This document shows, piece by piece, positions 63,718-64,000 of a stretch of DNA of 64,000 nucleotides (positions are counted from its first letter, which is position 1; each line of letters starts with the position of its first letter). The stretch comes from an uncultured Mycobacterium sp. Lineage in GTDB: Bacteria > Actinomycetota > Actinomycetes > Mycobacteriales > Mycobacteriaceae. The position numbers and the translations under genes were made by a program. The stretch is taken from positions 14,198-78,197 of the forward strand of contig CAYLWH010000002.1 of the NCBI GenBank assembly GCA_964387245.1, read 5' to 3'. The notes beneath the pieces were generated by a model. It did no database searches and was not told where the DNA came from. It saw only the letters and a program-made list of their open reading frames with translations.

Positions 63718-64000
63718 TTAACCCGAGTCGCGCTCGCGGAGAAGGAGCAGTGTCCATGCCGCGATGGACTGTGCATCGGTGAGGTCGCCGTCGCGCATCA
63801 TGCACTCGATCTGCCGGCGGGACAGCCAGGCGAATTGCATGTCCTGTTCCTCGTGTTCGCGATCGGCGTCACCTTCGGTGATACCGGTCGCGAGGAAGAC
63901 ATGCCCACGCTGACTACTCAGCCCCGCAGCGAGGTCGAGCATGCCCAACAGGGTCATCGTGTCGGCGCTCAGGCCTGTCTCCTCGCGCAGCTCGCGGGCT
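63718..64000 (-). CDS. NUDIX hydrolase, 5-prime end beyond the window
   Basis: The frame stays open to the window edge. Upstream residues read ARELREETGLSAD (NUDIX box REx2EEtG), followed by MTLLGMLDLAAG... Confidence 0.7.
   Translation of the reverse strand, partial: ARELREETGLSADTMTLLGMLDLAAGLSSQRGHVFLATGITEGDADREHEEQDMQFAWLSRRQIECMMRDGDLTDAQSIAAWTLLLLRERDSG

Overview
High-GC, densely coding actinobacterial chromosome segment of Mycobacterium/Mycolicibacterium type. Gene order is collinear with what I recall of the M. tuberculosis H37Rv Rv1143-Rv1188 neighbourhood. In order: a beta-oxidation cluster (thiolase, two crotonases, acyl-CoA dehydrogenase, mcr, SDR, nitronate monooxygenase), an intact mmpL13-type transporter, cobB/GntR, O-methyltransferase, F420-type PPOX, Ala/Pro-rich secreted pair, pimE, phhB, mutT2-like, narK-narGHJI, typA, lpqW, mshB, fbiC, padR-fadH, fdxC, dapC and pruC-pruA-pruB. 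Blocks that break that order look lineage-specific. They are: (1) a LytS/LytTR two-component system fused in an operon to a 2-TM protein plus solute:sodium symporter, followed by a second DUF485-actP pair (19.0-25.2 kb); (2) DUF732 plus a frameshifted limonene-epoxide-hydrolase-like gene; (3) a P450/AraC pair plus two tiny Cys-rich genes between narI and typA; (4) a lower-GC orphan gene bracketed by imperfect direct repeats between lpqW and mshB, where H37Rv carries Rv1167c/PPE17/lipX. I found no rRNA, tRNA, CRISPR array, transposase, integrase or phage genes, and nothing I can defend as a complete novel system. The most unusual items are the orphan cassette, a structured REP-like repeat family with compensatory stem changes, the symporter-coupled LytS/LytTR locus, a fused double methyltransferase, and several unannotated small ORFs. 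All calls come from reading translations, motifs and hand alignments, with no database search. Start codons are often GTG/TTG and were chosen by SD spacing, overlaps (GTGA/ATGA) and homolog N-termini from memory.
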